A stretch of DNA of 64,000 nucleotides from Rhodosorus marinus CCMP1338. Its lineage: Eukaryota; Plantae; Rhodophyta. The notes beneath the pieces were generated by a model. The model did no database searches. It was given only the letters and a program-made list of their open reading frames with translations, and had not been told where the DNA came from. The DNA is taken from NCBI GenBank assembly GCA_029953675.1, contig JAMWBK010000008.1, positions 1,178,001 through 1,242,000 of the forward strand. Direction: 5' to 3'. Made by a program: the position numbers and the translations under genes. Of the stretch, positions 20,954 through 32,629 are shown piece after piece (position 1 is the first letter of the stretch; every line of letters starts with the position of its first letter).

Positions 20954-23289
20954 CTATGGGCAGTATCTCAATTGCACAGTATGAACAATTTGCTTCGCGT
21001 TCGAGGCTACTTCTGCGAACTCATCGTAGCTAATGGTCCCTGCATCTCCGTGGGCAAGCTTAAATTCTACAGTATCCGTTGCCTTGAGTGACATTTTCCT
21101 CAAAGCAGCTCTAACCCGAGAGCTCGAAATCTTGTCCGAACCTTCGGCAACCTCATTGAAGGCCGCTCTCTTCTCAGAATCGGGTGCCCCCGAGCGGCCA
21201 CCAAGGACATCTGCGACTATGATAACAAGATCTCCGCTTTCAAGCCAACCCCGAGAAACTAACATTTTGAAGGCTTCGGCTATTGTGTGTTCTGGGTCGT
21301 CACTGAACTCAAGCAAAAATGGTCTCACTCCGTGTACAAGGGTCAATCTGACAGCGTATAAGCAGAACTCGGGTAAGAACATCATAAACATGCTCTTGCG
21401 AGCAGGCGCGCCGAAGCAAAAATTGCGGTCCACAGAGTTGGAAACAGTCCAAATGACGATTGCACTTACTTTTCTCGAGCTTCTGCCGTTGGGGCAAAAG
21501 CAAGTATGGGGGCATTTGGTCTGTTCCTGGACACAAGACTCGACATGAGTCCTTTTTGAGTGAATACAACGATCGCCTTTGCTTGCTGCTGGTTGGCTAT
21601 TATTGACGCGGAGTTCGCAATGTTCTCCGCGACCCGAAGCACTGATTGAAATGGTTTGTCCAATGGCATAGATAGCGCCGCGATAGTGTCCATTTCTGCC
21701 GATTCCTGCGTTTTCGATTCCATTCGCTTGGCTGCAACGTGCATCGCATTCAGCGCCTTGTAGGGGTAGCGACCAGAGGCCGTCTCAGTTGTCAGCACGA
21801 GAGCGTCAGCCTTCTGTCGTACAGCTTCAAAAATGTCCGTGATCTCCGCCCTCGTTGGAGTCGGATACGCTACCATCGAGTCGAGGAAGTGGGTGGAGAC
21901 AAGCACTGGTTTTCCGCACTCCCGACAGAGTTTGGTGATCCGCTCTTGCCACAGTGGAACCTACCGCGAGCAGTGTCAACCATCAGATACGTTAAAGGAA
22001 TTTTTTTTGGTGTCGACGTTTTTGATCGGTAAACTTCAAGGATGGCCAAAATAAGCGCCGAAAGCAAAAACTCACCTTCTCAAAGGCTATAGAGGTTCCT
22101 AGGTCGCCTCTCGCGATCATGATAGCGTCTGAAGCTTCAACAATGGATTCGATGTTCTGTAGGGCTTTCGGTGTTTCCACCTTTGCAACAACGCCTGAAT
22201 TGCAACCTCGCGCCCTTAGCTCACTTCGCAGCTGCTCAACTGATGCTGCATCTTCGACAAAGGAGAGCGAAACGAAATCTACGTCCTCCGAGGTAGCCAG
22301 CTCAAGGTCTCCTGTTGGTACATTGGTACTTTTCGCGCTATAAGACTTGCCCCGAACCGTTATCGGAGCCCTCGATGTTAGCTGTCCTCCCTATTGGGGG
22401 GAGCAAGACAACAGATACCATTCAGCAGCTGGCGCTACCACTGCTCACGAGAAGCCTAAGCGGATTCTCGCTCCCACTGATCCTCAACTATTGACCTTCG
22501 CAATTCAGGCGACATGTCTAGAGGGTGGGCTCAATTTGGCATTGCATCTCGCGTTGTGTGCTTGGAATGTGGGATCCTACCTTAATAACCTCGCAGACGA
22601 CATCCGTTGTGTTCTTCGACGCTACGATCAACTCCACGTCGTCATTGATCTGTACAAGATCTCCCACTTCAGCAACTTCAATGAACCCATCGTAAGATAC
22701 TTCCGAGGTTTGCTCGTCGTATTCGACCTCGTGGCGGACAGTGAGGGTGAATTCATCGCCTTTGGAAAGACGTGGGGCTGACGAAAACTCTCCAAGTTTC
22801 ACCATGTCTAGTGACCCGAGGTCAACCATAGATCCAATTATGTAAGGCGTACGAGCGTTAATCCTTTTTACAGAGTCCAGGACTCCCTTGTGAAACTTGT
22901 AATCACCGTGTGACATGTTGAGCCTTACAAGATTCATTCCCTCTGCCGACAGCCTGAGGAGGTTCTCATAAGAGCATGTAGTCGGCCCGATCGTGCAGAC
23001 GATCTTTGTTCGCCTCTCCAGTTGGTCAACAGGTTCAGTGCCCTACAACAAATGTTGCCATGCTGAACAAGGCGCCTCAAAAAAAGTTTCTTTCAGGAAG
23101 GTCGCTTACCTCTGGTACCCAACGCTCAATTTTGTCTACATCTGCGGAGGCAGCGGATTCCACCGCAACATCAGCAGAAAGTCTTACCAGGCCGTACTGC
23201 AGTCGAGCGTGCTTCTGGGGAGAAACGCGAAGCTTTTCCCGTTGACGACGAGAATTGCCTCCACCAGCAGCCACAAAAGCTGGATTCAT
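20954..23289 (-). CDS. PK: Plastid-type pyruvate kinase with an EF-hand-like insertion; 5 exons, about 613 aa
   Basis: Exons 23289-23110, 23042-22581, 22390-22076, 21960-21470, 21347-20954 (1842 nt). MNPAFV transit-peptide start; TKIVCTIGP, RLNMSHG, AKVE, MIARGDLG, PTRAE and ETASG motifs. Confidence 0.95.
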
Positions 23290-24673
23290 TGATGTAGGCC
23301 GCAACAAGTTCAGCATCCGAACGCCCGGAAGAACTAGTCCTTGTTCTCTACCATTCACAGTTCCGTCCTTCCTAACCCCACAGCATTCGATTGGCACCGC
23401 AGGTAGACCAAGACATCCTAATAAATTGTTGCTGTTGTTCAGGCCAAAATGAAATGGATAATGAGGCGGAGATGGCGATCGAGACAACGCTATTCCGCCC
23501 ATGGAAAAAGGAATCAATTTCACGGATAAATTGGCCGATCAATGAAGCTTGAGAGGGTGAGAAACAAAGACTGAAAACCCATTTAATTGTCACCGTCTAT
23601 CAAAGGGGAGATGTAACCTCAATTCGAGAATCGAGATTCAGCCGATCTCAGACGATTTACAATATTGATTGAATTACGTCAAATTCCTGCTCGAAGATTG
23701 AATGGAGTCCGGTGAAATGTTGTTTCGAGGAATGGTCCATGCCTCGCACCGGTCTATGGCGTATCCGCTTGCGAACTGAATCAACAAGGTCAAGAGCTCG
23801 ACAGGACCAACCCTCATGTGCTACACATTGGTTCTTCACTCGAGCAAATCTGCTCTGTCTGTGTACACCCACCGCTTAAAGAGATGATGCCCACCTTGGC
23901 AGCGTTTCTTTCATACCGGCGATCAGCGTTTTGCTTAGCACGACCTGCCGATGGAGCTGAGATCTGTTGAGAGGCAATAGCAGCTCTCTTTCCCGCGAGC
24001 ATCCGAAACCTAAATGAAAACCAACTTTCTAAATTGTCCTAGTTTTTTGTTTGCGACTGTATGAGAAGACATAGACTCCTGGGGTAAACACAACTTCCAA
24101 GACCGCTTGGGTTTCCCCACCAAGACGCGGAAACAAAATAAATTTGGACTGAGGGCCCTGGACGCTGCGGTCAGCCTGAAAGCAACTCGCTCTCGAGATC
24201 TTCTTCAAGCATTGGCCTAACGCACAGAAATAGTAGATTACCGTGTCCAGAATTGTCCAGGTCCCCCTTGTTCGCCGTGGAAATAGCCAAGTAGAGTTGG
24301 CGTGTAGCGTCCAATTGCTACCGGACAGTACGATAACTGAATTTTTTAGAAAGGGGCAAGGGGTTTCGTCATAATTACTTTCGTCCCGTACAATAACCGC
24401 CTAACAAGGTCCGAAATTTTCAATAAACGACAAATATTGCGCGAAAATCAATCATCTAATCATAGATAGTCTGTCCACGCATGTCACCCACCCTCCTAGC
24501 ACGTCCCAAGTGTCCCCATGGGTACTGCCTCAATTATTCCAAAATTCAATGTTTACTTCCCTCCTAACTACTCCCTACTAGCTACGTAGTTTATCCCAAG
24601 ACTTTCCTTTTCGAACTCTGGTTCTTGTTCCTTGCTTGTTTCTTCTCTACCTTCACGCTGACTTAGAAAGCAT

Positions 24674-24686
24674 GGGGGGGGGGGGG
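24674..24686. repeat. Poly-G tract (13 nt)
   Basis: Read directly from the sequence, in the gene-poor gap. Confidence 0.9.
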
Positions 24687-26467
24687 ATTCCATCGTATTT
24701 ATACCCTTTCTTCATCGGGATGTGCAATACCGCCGAGACTAAAATAAGTGTTGTAGCTACTTAGATTCTGGCACAGCCCGAGCATAATTTAGCTCAGCCG
24801 GATATTGCTGGAAGGTTGAACTTGCTTGGAAGCCTGAGAGGTCACACACCCGGCAGGCTTCCTATTGTCGATTGCCCAATGCTTCCCCAACGCTTTTGGG
24901 ACTACAGAGTCACGCGCACCAGTGCAAGTAAACTGGTGACCTCCTAGTATTTGGGGAAGTCAGAAGTAGTCAGTGTGAGGGGAGTGGAGGGAGTAGAAAA
25001 AGGGGAGAGGGGACGAACAACGTTGTGCGGAAAGTTGAAAGAACTATGCTGTTAAAGGAGTTTGAGCTAGGGATTCAGTACCTCCCGATTCCGCTTTCGC
25101 CTATCGGCGGTTCGCTCCTCATGTTTTCAGGATTCAATTTTAGTTCCTATGTCGTCTGGATGAAGAAGCTGTTTTGTACCAGTCCAAGGGGCTAATGAAA
25201 CTGCTTCCGAAGCTCAGGTTTGCTGAGCGGGGGCTGCAGTACTACGCTCCCCTTGGAGGCCCTGTAGCCGTCAGGATCTTATTTGTTTGTCAACTGTCTT
25301 GCCTCTGATCACGTCAAAATCCTTCTTCGAGAGCTGCCGGAGAGAAAGGGTCCGACACGAACAATCCCACCGCCAGGCGCGAAGTAGTCTCTCTTGCAAG
25401 CGTTATTCTTCGTGCTAGAGACGGTTCAGCCCCACGAACACACGCGCTGAATACGATCCACTTGAAACGAATTTCCTTTTCAAAGGGCTTGGCAAATGTT
25501 GCATCATCAATACCCTTCCTCATCCTCTCTACTTTTCCAGTGGACTGCTACCTCCCGCGCCCTTGTCAATCATACTGAAAAACGCTTGGAGATTATGTCA
25601 GCCTGACAGACTCAGAAGTAATCTGTCGCGGCAAAGATCATCAACATCGTCAACTACGAGATGTGGGCGGTCGAACAAACTGTCACCCAGCGGACATCAG
25701 ATGATGGGAACACCGGACCAAACCAATCATGTCACCGTTTTCGGACGGTATTATTGGACAGATTTTTAAAAGATTTTCGTTCAGGTACTTTAGAAATATC
25801 ATCGTTTATTCAATATTGTATTCTACCAACTTTCTACAGAGGCAGCCGTCTTGATTATTGGAGTTGTTGGTCCAATCGCGACCCAAATTGGACGTTTTAT
25901 GGCAAATGTACGATTAACGCATGTTTTCTACACAAGAACACAAGTTCATATCAAAATTCATAGATTGCCCGGCCTTAGGTATAAGTGGATAATCAATTTC
26001 GGCTAAACCGAATACCCCCCTTTAGAGACCTCCCCAACCCTACCGCTTGGATGCTGAGGATTCGCTTAGGTGCCCGACGTATTCTCCAAAATGCGGTCCT
26101 GGCCTACCGTTTGACGATATTTCTGGATCACTTTTGATTCTTGTTCAAGTTCTTTTCGTTCCCACCAAAACACTTGCTTACCCCTCTACGGGTATTGGTC
26201 TACAGATGGGTTTTGGACCATAAGCAACCCCAATTTGAGGTTTGAAATCTGTTTCAGGGTTGCCTCGTAGCCGAGTCAGGGTTTCTGAAATGTAGCAGAC
26301 CTCTGCCGTGGGAGTCCAGCAAAACGTGAGTTTGCATCGCAGGTATGATGGTTCCAATCGTGCTAGGTTTTGCTAGCTAGTCCCTCGTTTGCGTTCGTGT
26401 TTTGTGGAAAGGGAGAAGGTGCTAGGTTTCTCTTACACACTCCCAGCTTGCGTTCGAGCATCGAATC

Positions 26468-28394
26468 ATGAAAGTCGGCAGGTACCAGTTGACGACCACG
26501 ATTGGTCAGGGAACATTTGGGAGGTGAGGTTTGCTTCTTCGGCCGTTTAGTCTGAGCTGAGACTTAAGGAAGTCTTCTACAACCGACGGAAGGAGATGTA
26601 GGCTATGCTTCATCATAAGTAACGTGGGATTCATTTTTTCGAGGCAGGGTTAAGCTTGGTATTGACACCACCACTGGGAAGGAGTACGCCGTAAAAATTA
26701 TGAACAAGCATGATATCGTAGAGCGTGAACTGACAACAAATGTTCGAAGAGAGGTAGGGGCTGGCTCACAACTCTTAAGCGTTTGGCGACAGCTTTGCTT
26801 TTTTTTAGAGGGATGGAAAAACTGTTTTCTTTGATTGAGCCTTTCTGAGAGTCTGCAGATGAACTGAGTGTTCGATGCTGGAATTTTGTGTAGATTGGAA
26901 TAATGAAACAGCTCAACCACCGAAACATCGTGGGGCTACATGAAGTACTCTCATCTACGCGCAAGATCTACATGGTAATGGATCTCGTTTCCGGCGGGGA
27001 GCTATTCACGCACATGGAAAAGACAGGTGAAGGTGGCGAAGAGGCGTGCAGAAAATATTTTCAGCAGATGGTCGATGGTTTAGATTACTGTCACAGACGC
27101 GGAGTTTGCCACAGGGATCTGAAACCAGAAAATCTTTTGATTAACGAGAGTGACGTATTGAAAATTACGGACTTTGGTGTAAGTACCTGGCGCCCTTCTT
27201 CGAGCTCTCCGCATGCTTTGCTGCTCTCGTGCAGGTACTAACTGCCGTCTTCCCGAAACGTTTCTGTTGTTCCGTAGGTGAGTGCTGTCGTACGCTCATC
27301 CGCAGATGGAGCAATGCAGATGTTGCACACTGCATGCGGGACTCCTTATTATTGTGCCCCGGAAATTCTCACAAGCCGAGGTGAGGGGTATGATGGAATC
27401 AAGATTGATTCTTGGTCTGCTGGAGTTATCTTGTATCGCTTGCTTGTTGGCAGCCTTCCCTTCAAAGGCCAGAGTCTTGCCCAGCTGATTGTTGCACTCG
27501 AGAAGAACGACGTGCACTATCCATCGACTTTGAGTCCAGCCGCAGTTGACCTACTGCGCAATCTCCTGGAGAGGGACGCTCAGTACAGAATATCGTTGCA
27601 CGACGTAAAAAAGCACCCATGGTTCGTAGTTAAGTATGAAGAGAACAAAGCGTATTTCACTGCAAGGGCAGGGGCCTCGAAGTGAGTACAACATCCGGTT
27701 GCATTGCCATTGCCTTTCTTCCTCCCAAAGTTGCTTGACTTGACTATTGCAGAAAGTTGGCTGAAGTTGAGGAGTCTGGTTTTGCACTGTGATACACATG
27801 GACAGCCGACACTCGGGTCGGGATCAATCAAAGCGCTCGGAGGGAACGGACACAAGGATTAACGGATCTGCGCGAGGTGTGCACCACAGAAACTCGATCC
27901 CGAGTATTAACCCAACCAGCCCAGGGCGCGCTGGAACTGTTGAACACAACGGTACCCGGAACGGCTCTTTCGGGAGCGACATTCGGGGCTATGATGCTTT
28001 TGACAGCCCAGCAAGGTCGGGTAACAGACGCAGGTCTTCTGCTGGAATTGTTATTCAATTCGATGAATCGATGTCCTTGGACGATTTCGTGTTGAAAGCA
28101 ATGCCGACGAAGAAAGACAGAGTACCTGAGGTTGTTAGCAAGCTCAATGCTGTTGGCTGTGAGGACATGGACGACTTCAAGGTGCGTACCTGCGGCCCCG
28201 TTCTCGCTCCCCCTGCGTCTTTTTGCTCGTGGGGTTATGGCTGAACGTGTCATGCGATTTCATGAGCAAAAATGTAGATCGTAGCAGAGCAGTACTCGAC
28301 CCATGAAGAGCTGGTCGTGTGGTTGGAACAGAAGGCATCTATTCAGCCAGTACTTGCTATTCGACTTGCACGGAGCATCAATTCTTATGACTAG
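26468..28394 (+). CDS. SnRK/CIPK-like (CAMK group) Ser/Thr kinase with a C-terminal helical domain; 6 exons, about 447 aa
   Basis: Exons 26468-26523, 26648-26753, 26894-27178, 27278-27681, 27806-28181, 28278-28394 (1344 nt). Motifs GQGTFG, YAVK, HRDLKPEN, DFG, CGTPYYCAPE, YDG.K.D.WS.G. The acceptor at 27805 is the least certain. Confidence 0.92.
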
Positions 28395-28962
28395 CTGTTC
28401 CTTTGGACTGCTAAGGGAACCCCGTCTGATACGAACGTCGGGATCCTACGTGGATGACCACACAGCAACACCAACGCTGGCTGCTGACAATCAAGTCGAC
28501 TCATAGTCCAGTTCGTACCAGCGGAGTTGAAGAGCGGATGACGGACTGTGGCTGTAGATACAATTTTGTTTATTCTGTTTACGTTTTCTTAATCCATTCG
28601 AATTTTGGTCCAAGCTTTGCCTGCGGTAGGCCGTCACTTCAGCTTCTATCCGGCTCGGTGTGTACAGATAAAAGAACGAATCCATGTCCCAGGCACCCAA
28701 AAACGTAAGGAGAACGCGTGAATACACGGGTTAAAAGTTACCCGTACGTGGCAATCCCCCTAGAACCATTCAGCTCCTGGTCCGTACCCACACCCACCAG
28801 GGAATACATCGTGCCACCAGAGTAACCTCTGATTCAAGCGCACGAGACTAAGAGTTCCATGCTTCAAAGCATCACATCTGCTCTATACACATTGGGCACC
28901 ACTGGACTATACCCCTCCTCCGGAAGAACCCATCCTGCGAACACTATGAAGAGGAACGTCGA

Positions 28963-29364
28963 CTAAACTGGCTCCAGTTCATCCTCGGCAAAGTGTCCTG
29001 AGAATCTCGGGTCAGTGAACTTCACTAGCACAGGGCGATTTAAAGTTAATGGAACACCATCTTTCTCCAGTGTGGTTTTCTGGACTTCGCCCTCAAGACC
29101 TTTCACATCCACTTCTTGGCCTCTTTTGCTCGGCAGATGATACATGATCACACTCGATTTGACTCTGACCTTAACTCCACTCTCAAATTGCGGCGTCGCA
29201 CTGCCCATACATAAACATCGGCGTCTAGTTCTATGTCATGAAATACCACGGAGCCCAAAGCAAAGCAAGTTAGAGTTAGTCTGATTCCTAGAGGACTATA
29301 AACGAACGTACCTCCGGATTCCAGTCGGATTTCCACCAATAAACGCCGAATCGATCTTCATCAT
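28963..29364 (-). CDS. FTRV: Ferredoxin-thioredoxin reductase variable chain, plastid-targeted, 2 exons
   Basis: Exons 29364-29312 and 29230-28963. MMKIDSAFIGG transit peptide, then KVRVKSSVIMYHLP...DVKGLEGEV...NRPVLVKF...HFAEDELE (FeThRed_A pattern). Confidence 0.88.
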
Positions 29365-30244
29365 ACCCAACAAAAGAATTTGTTTCAAAACAAGAAGCTC
29401 TTTGACAACACAAAGTGAACTACTTCGCTACTCGAGCACGGTCCAAACAGAACTCGTCGCTCCCCACTGACATCTCGACCTGTTTCTCGTCAAATTTTGC
29501 TCCACCCCTATTCCGGAGGACGTACGCTCTATTGATCCACCACCCCTATTTTTTCCTTCTTGACCTTGCATCGAATGGCAAAAAAAAAACACGCCGTGGG
29601 GATACTCAGTTGCAAGGCAGGGGTGATGTCAACAAAATGTTCCGCGGAAGCTGATAAAAAGAAAAAAAAGGCCGGTTGTAATCTCAAGCTCACGTCGTCC
29701 CAAACGGTAGAATTCTTACTCGGGCTCAAACTTTTATGTATATTCGAATCGCCCGAAATGGTTTTCACAATCATTTTCCAACTGGAAACGATTGTTTCAA
29801 GAACTATTCTCCGAGATTGTTTCTCCGACTCAAGAAAATTAGGCGCACCCACCAGGTGGTCAGATAGGCCCACCGCAATGAACAATAACAACTCTTTTCA
29901 TTGGCTTGCCAAAGAAACGTAGTACAAATAAATCTTAGGTTTTGTACACTTTCTTTGGCAAGGATATTTCAAACGGATTATGATATTATTTGGGATGGGA
30001 GGAACGCTCCATGCTATGATTCACGGTGTGGGCGGGGGGGCCCAAAACGGAAAGGGCAAGGCTGTGTGGGTTTGTTCAAAAGTTTGCGTATCTTTCGTTA
30101 TTGTACTCTGCATTTTTGGCAAACCATGCGCACCGTCGTTTGTGGGACAGACACAAGTAGGGCACAGGTTGCATGCTTGCGCGAAAAAGGATTTGCTATT
30201 GTCAGCTAGTAGAGGCTGGATGAGTTTGAACGTCGATACACGAG

Positions 30245-30859
30245 CTAAACCTTTTTGTTTGGGAGCTTTAAGATTGCCTCATCGATGGCGTTCAAGGCTT
30301 CACAGCAAAGCATCACACGCTTGCACCCCAGCTCCGCGTTGATCTTCTCTTCCTCCATCATTTGGAGTATTTCCTCAACCTGCTTTATGAGCTTGTTTCG
30401 CGCTGGAAATCCCCCAGCTGGGACGAGGTCCACCAGTCTAGAGGGTTGCGCGTCAGGCTCGACGATAACCTCGTCCTGCGTTGCCGCACCCGTACCTGAA
30501 TTCCGCGGTTTCTTAACGGATGCCCCCTCCGCAGGTGCTATTTCCATAGTTACATTTCTACCTTTGGTTTGGTCTCCGTGGATAACACATATCCTCTGAC
30601 CTTGCCGACTTTCCATGATGGGAATTGTGCAACCCTGACATGTTCCCAAAAAATCATCAGGATAGAGGAGCGCAGTCGTCCTGAGTGCCGTGCCGAACAT
30701 CCTCTTCTTATGCGCTCCTTGCACCAAAAACGGTGGGCAAAAGTTTTCCAATCAGCTCACCTCAACCAGCTCACATATTTCGCCCAACATAGTCCAGCCT
30801 TGGAGAAGATATTGGCCGATCAGCTCTGTTGCACGATCGCCTTCTGTGCTCTTCTCCAT
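30245..30859 (-). CDS. SSSCA1/ZNRD2-like zinc-ribbon protein (autoantigen p27 family), 2 exons
   Basis: Exons 30859-30761 and 30634-30245 give IGQYLLQGWTMLGEICELVEGCTIPIMESRQGQRICVIH, the G..LL.GW.ML...C...C..P...CV pattern. Confidence 0.75.
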
Positions 30860-31220
30860 GTCGTCGAGTTTCTAACTACTTGCGGTGCAAATCAACAAAC
30901 CATTCTGCGCCAAATCTCCACTAAGCCGCGCATATCCCCTACCTCTCAGAGTACTCTGACACTCCGCCCAAACAGTAGAAGCTCGCTCCTGTCTGACAAA
31001 AATCGCGTGCAGGGACATATATGGCGTATATGAATAAAAGTCGGCTCTAGCTTGTCCTTCATGACATTGGCATGGGTAGTGGCATCATGCAGCTTGGTTG
31101 CGATACCATTATGCATCTGTTTCAACTAGGTCATGACAGGAGATGGGAGCTGCTGAGTGGGCGAATATCAAAAATGTAATGAATTCGCTACGATTTTAGT
31201 CGGTGGAAGGCTAAACTCAG

Positions 31221-32628
31221 ATGTCCGGCGCAATTGAGCATGGCAGGAGCTCGAGGTTCAAGAGCAGGGGCTATTTGTCGGATGCAGCTGAGAATCGAAG
31301 GGCAAATCTTCTGAAAAGACAACAAGAGTCTCGACAGAACATCAGCGAAGCTCTCCGATGCCTACAGAAGCCACCACCCCCAGGTCGTCAACTGTCAAAG
31401 TTTCGACCTTGGAGGAGGCCACCGCTAAGCTCGCCGGAATGGATGAACTATCCTCCCACGCGTTTGGGCAGTGATTGGGCGGTAGCCGCCAAGTGTGAAG
31501 GCAAAAGATGCGTGGTAGTTGCCGCCCATGGCGCAACGACGATTCGAACGCGCTCGGGACGATATCCTCGCAAAGGAGGACCCTTCACGTCCTGCCTTCC
31601 CGGTGGCTTTGAAAGCAAGGGCGGAAAGGTTGGAACGACCGTCTTGGACTGCATTTTCGCTCCATCTGAGCCAAATGTTCTTCGCGCACTCGACGTTATG
31701 GTCTGGAACGACCACATGCTCTATGATTGTGACTTTCAGTTTCGCTATTTTTGGCTGCGCGGTCGCTTGGTCGAGATTGGCGCCGACCGCGACTGCCCCG
31801 TTAAATTCACTGCGGTGGAGTTCTCGACAGCGACCGACAAGGCCGTAGCTGAAGCCTACGAATACGCCAAATCGATGCCGAGAGCAGATGGACTTTTGTT
31901 TTATCATTGGCAGGTACATTATGTGCTGGGACCAACTCCGCTGATCCTCCAGTGGAAGGATGGGAATTGCTCAGAATATTTCTTGGAAGGTGGACAAGAG
32001 ACTGAAAGTCAAGGCTCTCCCTCAGACGAGATGCTGGATGTTCCGGACTTGTACACGGTGCTCCTCTGCGGCTCAGAAGGTATGCTGCTCACCTCTGACG
32101 TACCACCGGTCGTTGTGAGTCGTGCGGAGGCGTTGAGTACGGACGGCTCGCTAGTGGCGAGCGAAGGGGACCTGCTCAGGTTTCGGATCTTGAACCCGGC
32201 TCAATTGTGCAACGTTCGTGAATCAGAGGTACCAAACTATTGAGCGATACTTTGCAGAAGGGCGACATGATGCTTCGAACCTTACTCTCGTCATTCGGAT
32301 ACTGATATGCAGGTTTCTAGAGTGGCTCAGTTGAAAAGCGCGGGGAAGGCAAGCCTTGTGAGAACGCTGCCCGATAGCTGGAGCCGGGTATGCGTGACGT
32401 CCTCAGGCACTTTCACTCCGCGATGAGCATTTTCTTGACCAGCTTTCCACGCGTTGCTTTGTTTGAATATTTGTCTATATTTCTTGCGCTACAAGAAGTA
32501 GCTGAACTGAACGGTTTTTATCCGTGGCTCAGATCCTTTTCCAATGCCGCGGCCGCCACAATCCGCTCACAGTTGACGACGTGTTGGGGTCTATTCGAAG
32601 CGAAATCCGAGACCAAGTCATGGCGTAG
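31221..32628 (+). CDS. SNUPN: Snurportin-1 (m3G-cap snRNP import adaptor), 3 exons
   Basis: Exons 31221-32228, 32313-32387, 32533-32628. N-terminal IBB-like RR..LL.RQ..R, LSSPEWM, EGKRCVVVA, LPGG, TVLDCIF, DVMVW, FRYFWL, DGLLFYH..VHY..GPTPL.LQWKD and DSWSRILFQ. Confidence 0.92.
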
Positions 32629-32629
32629 T

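Noticed and set aside
27745-27792. Alternative kinase acceptor at about 27750 giving an in-frame TGA (possible Sec, given PSTK nearby)
   Set aside because: The frame after this TGA is not the one encoding the C-terminal domain, and an acceptor at 27805 gives a clean ORF. No SECIS was seen.
29529-29922. Overlapping 120-aa ORFs on both strands
   Set aside because: They start at non-ATG codons and have no family motif; there is only a faint integrase-like wording on the minus strand, too weak to call.
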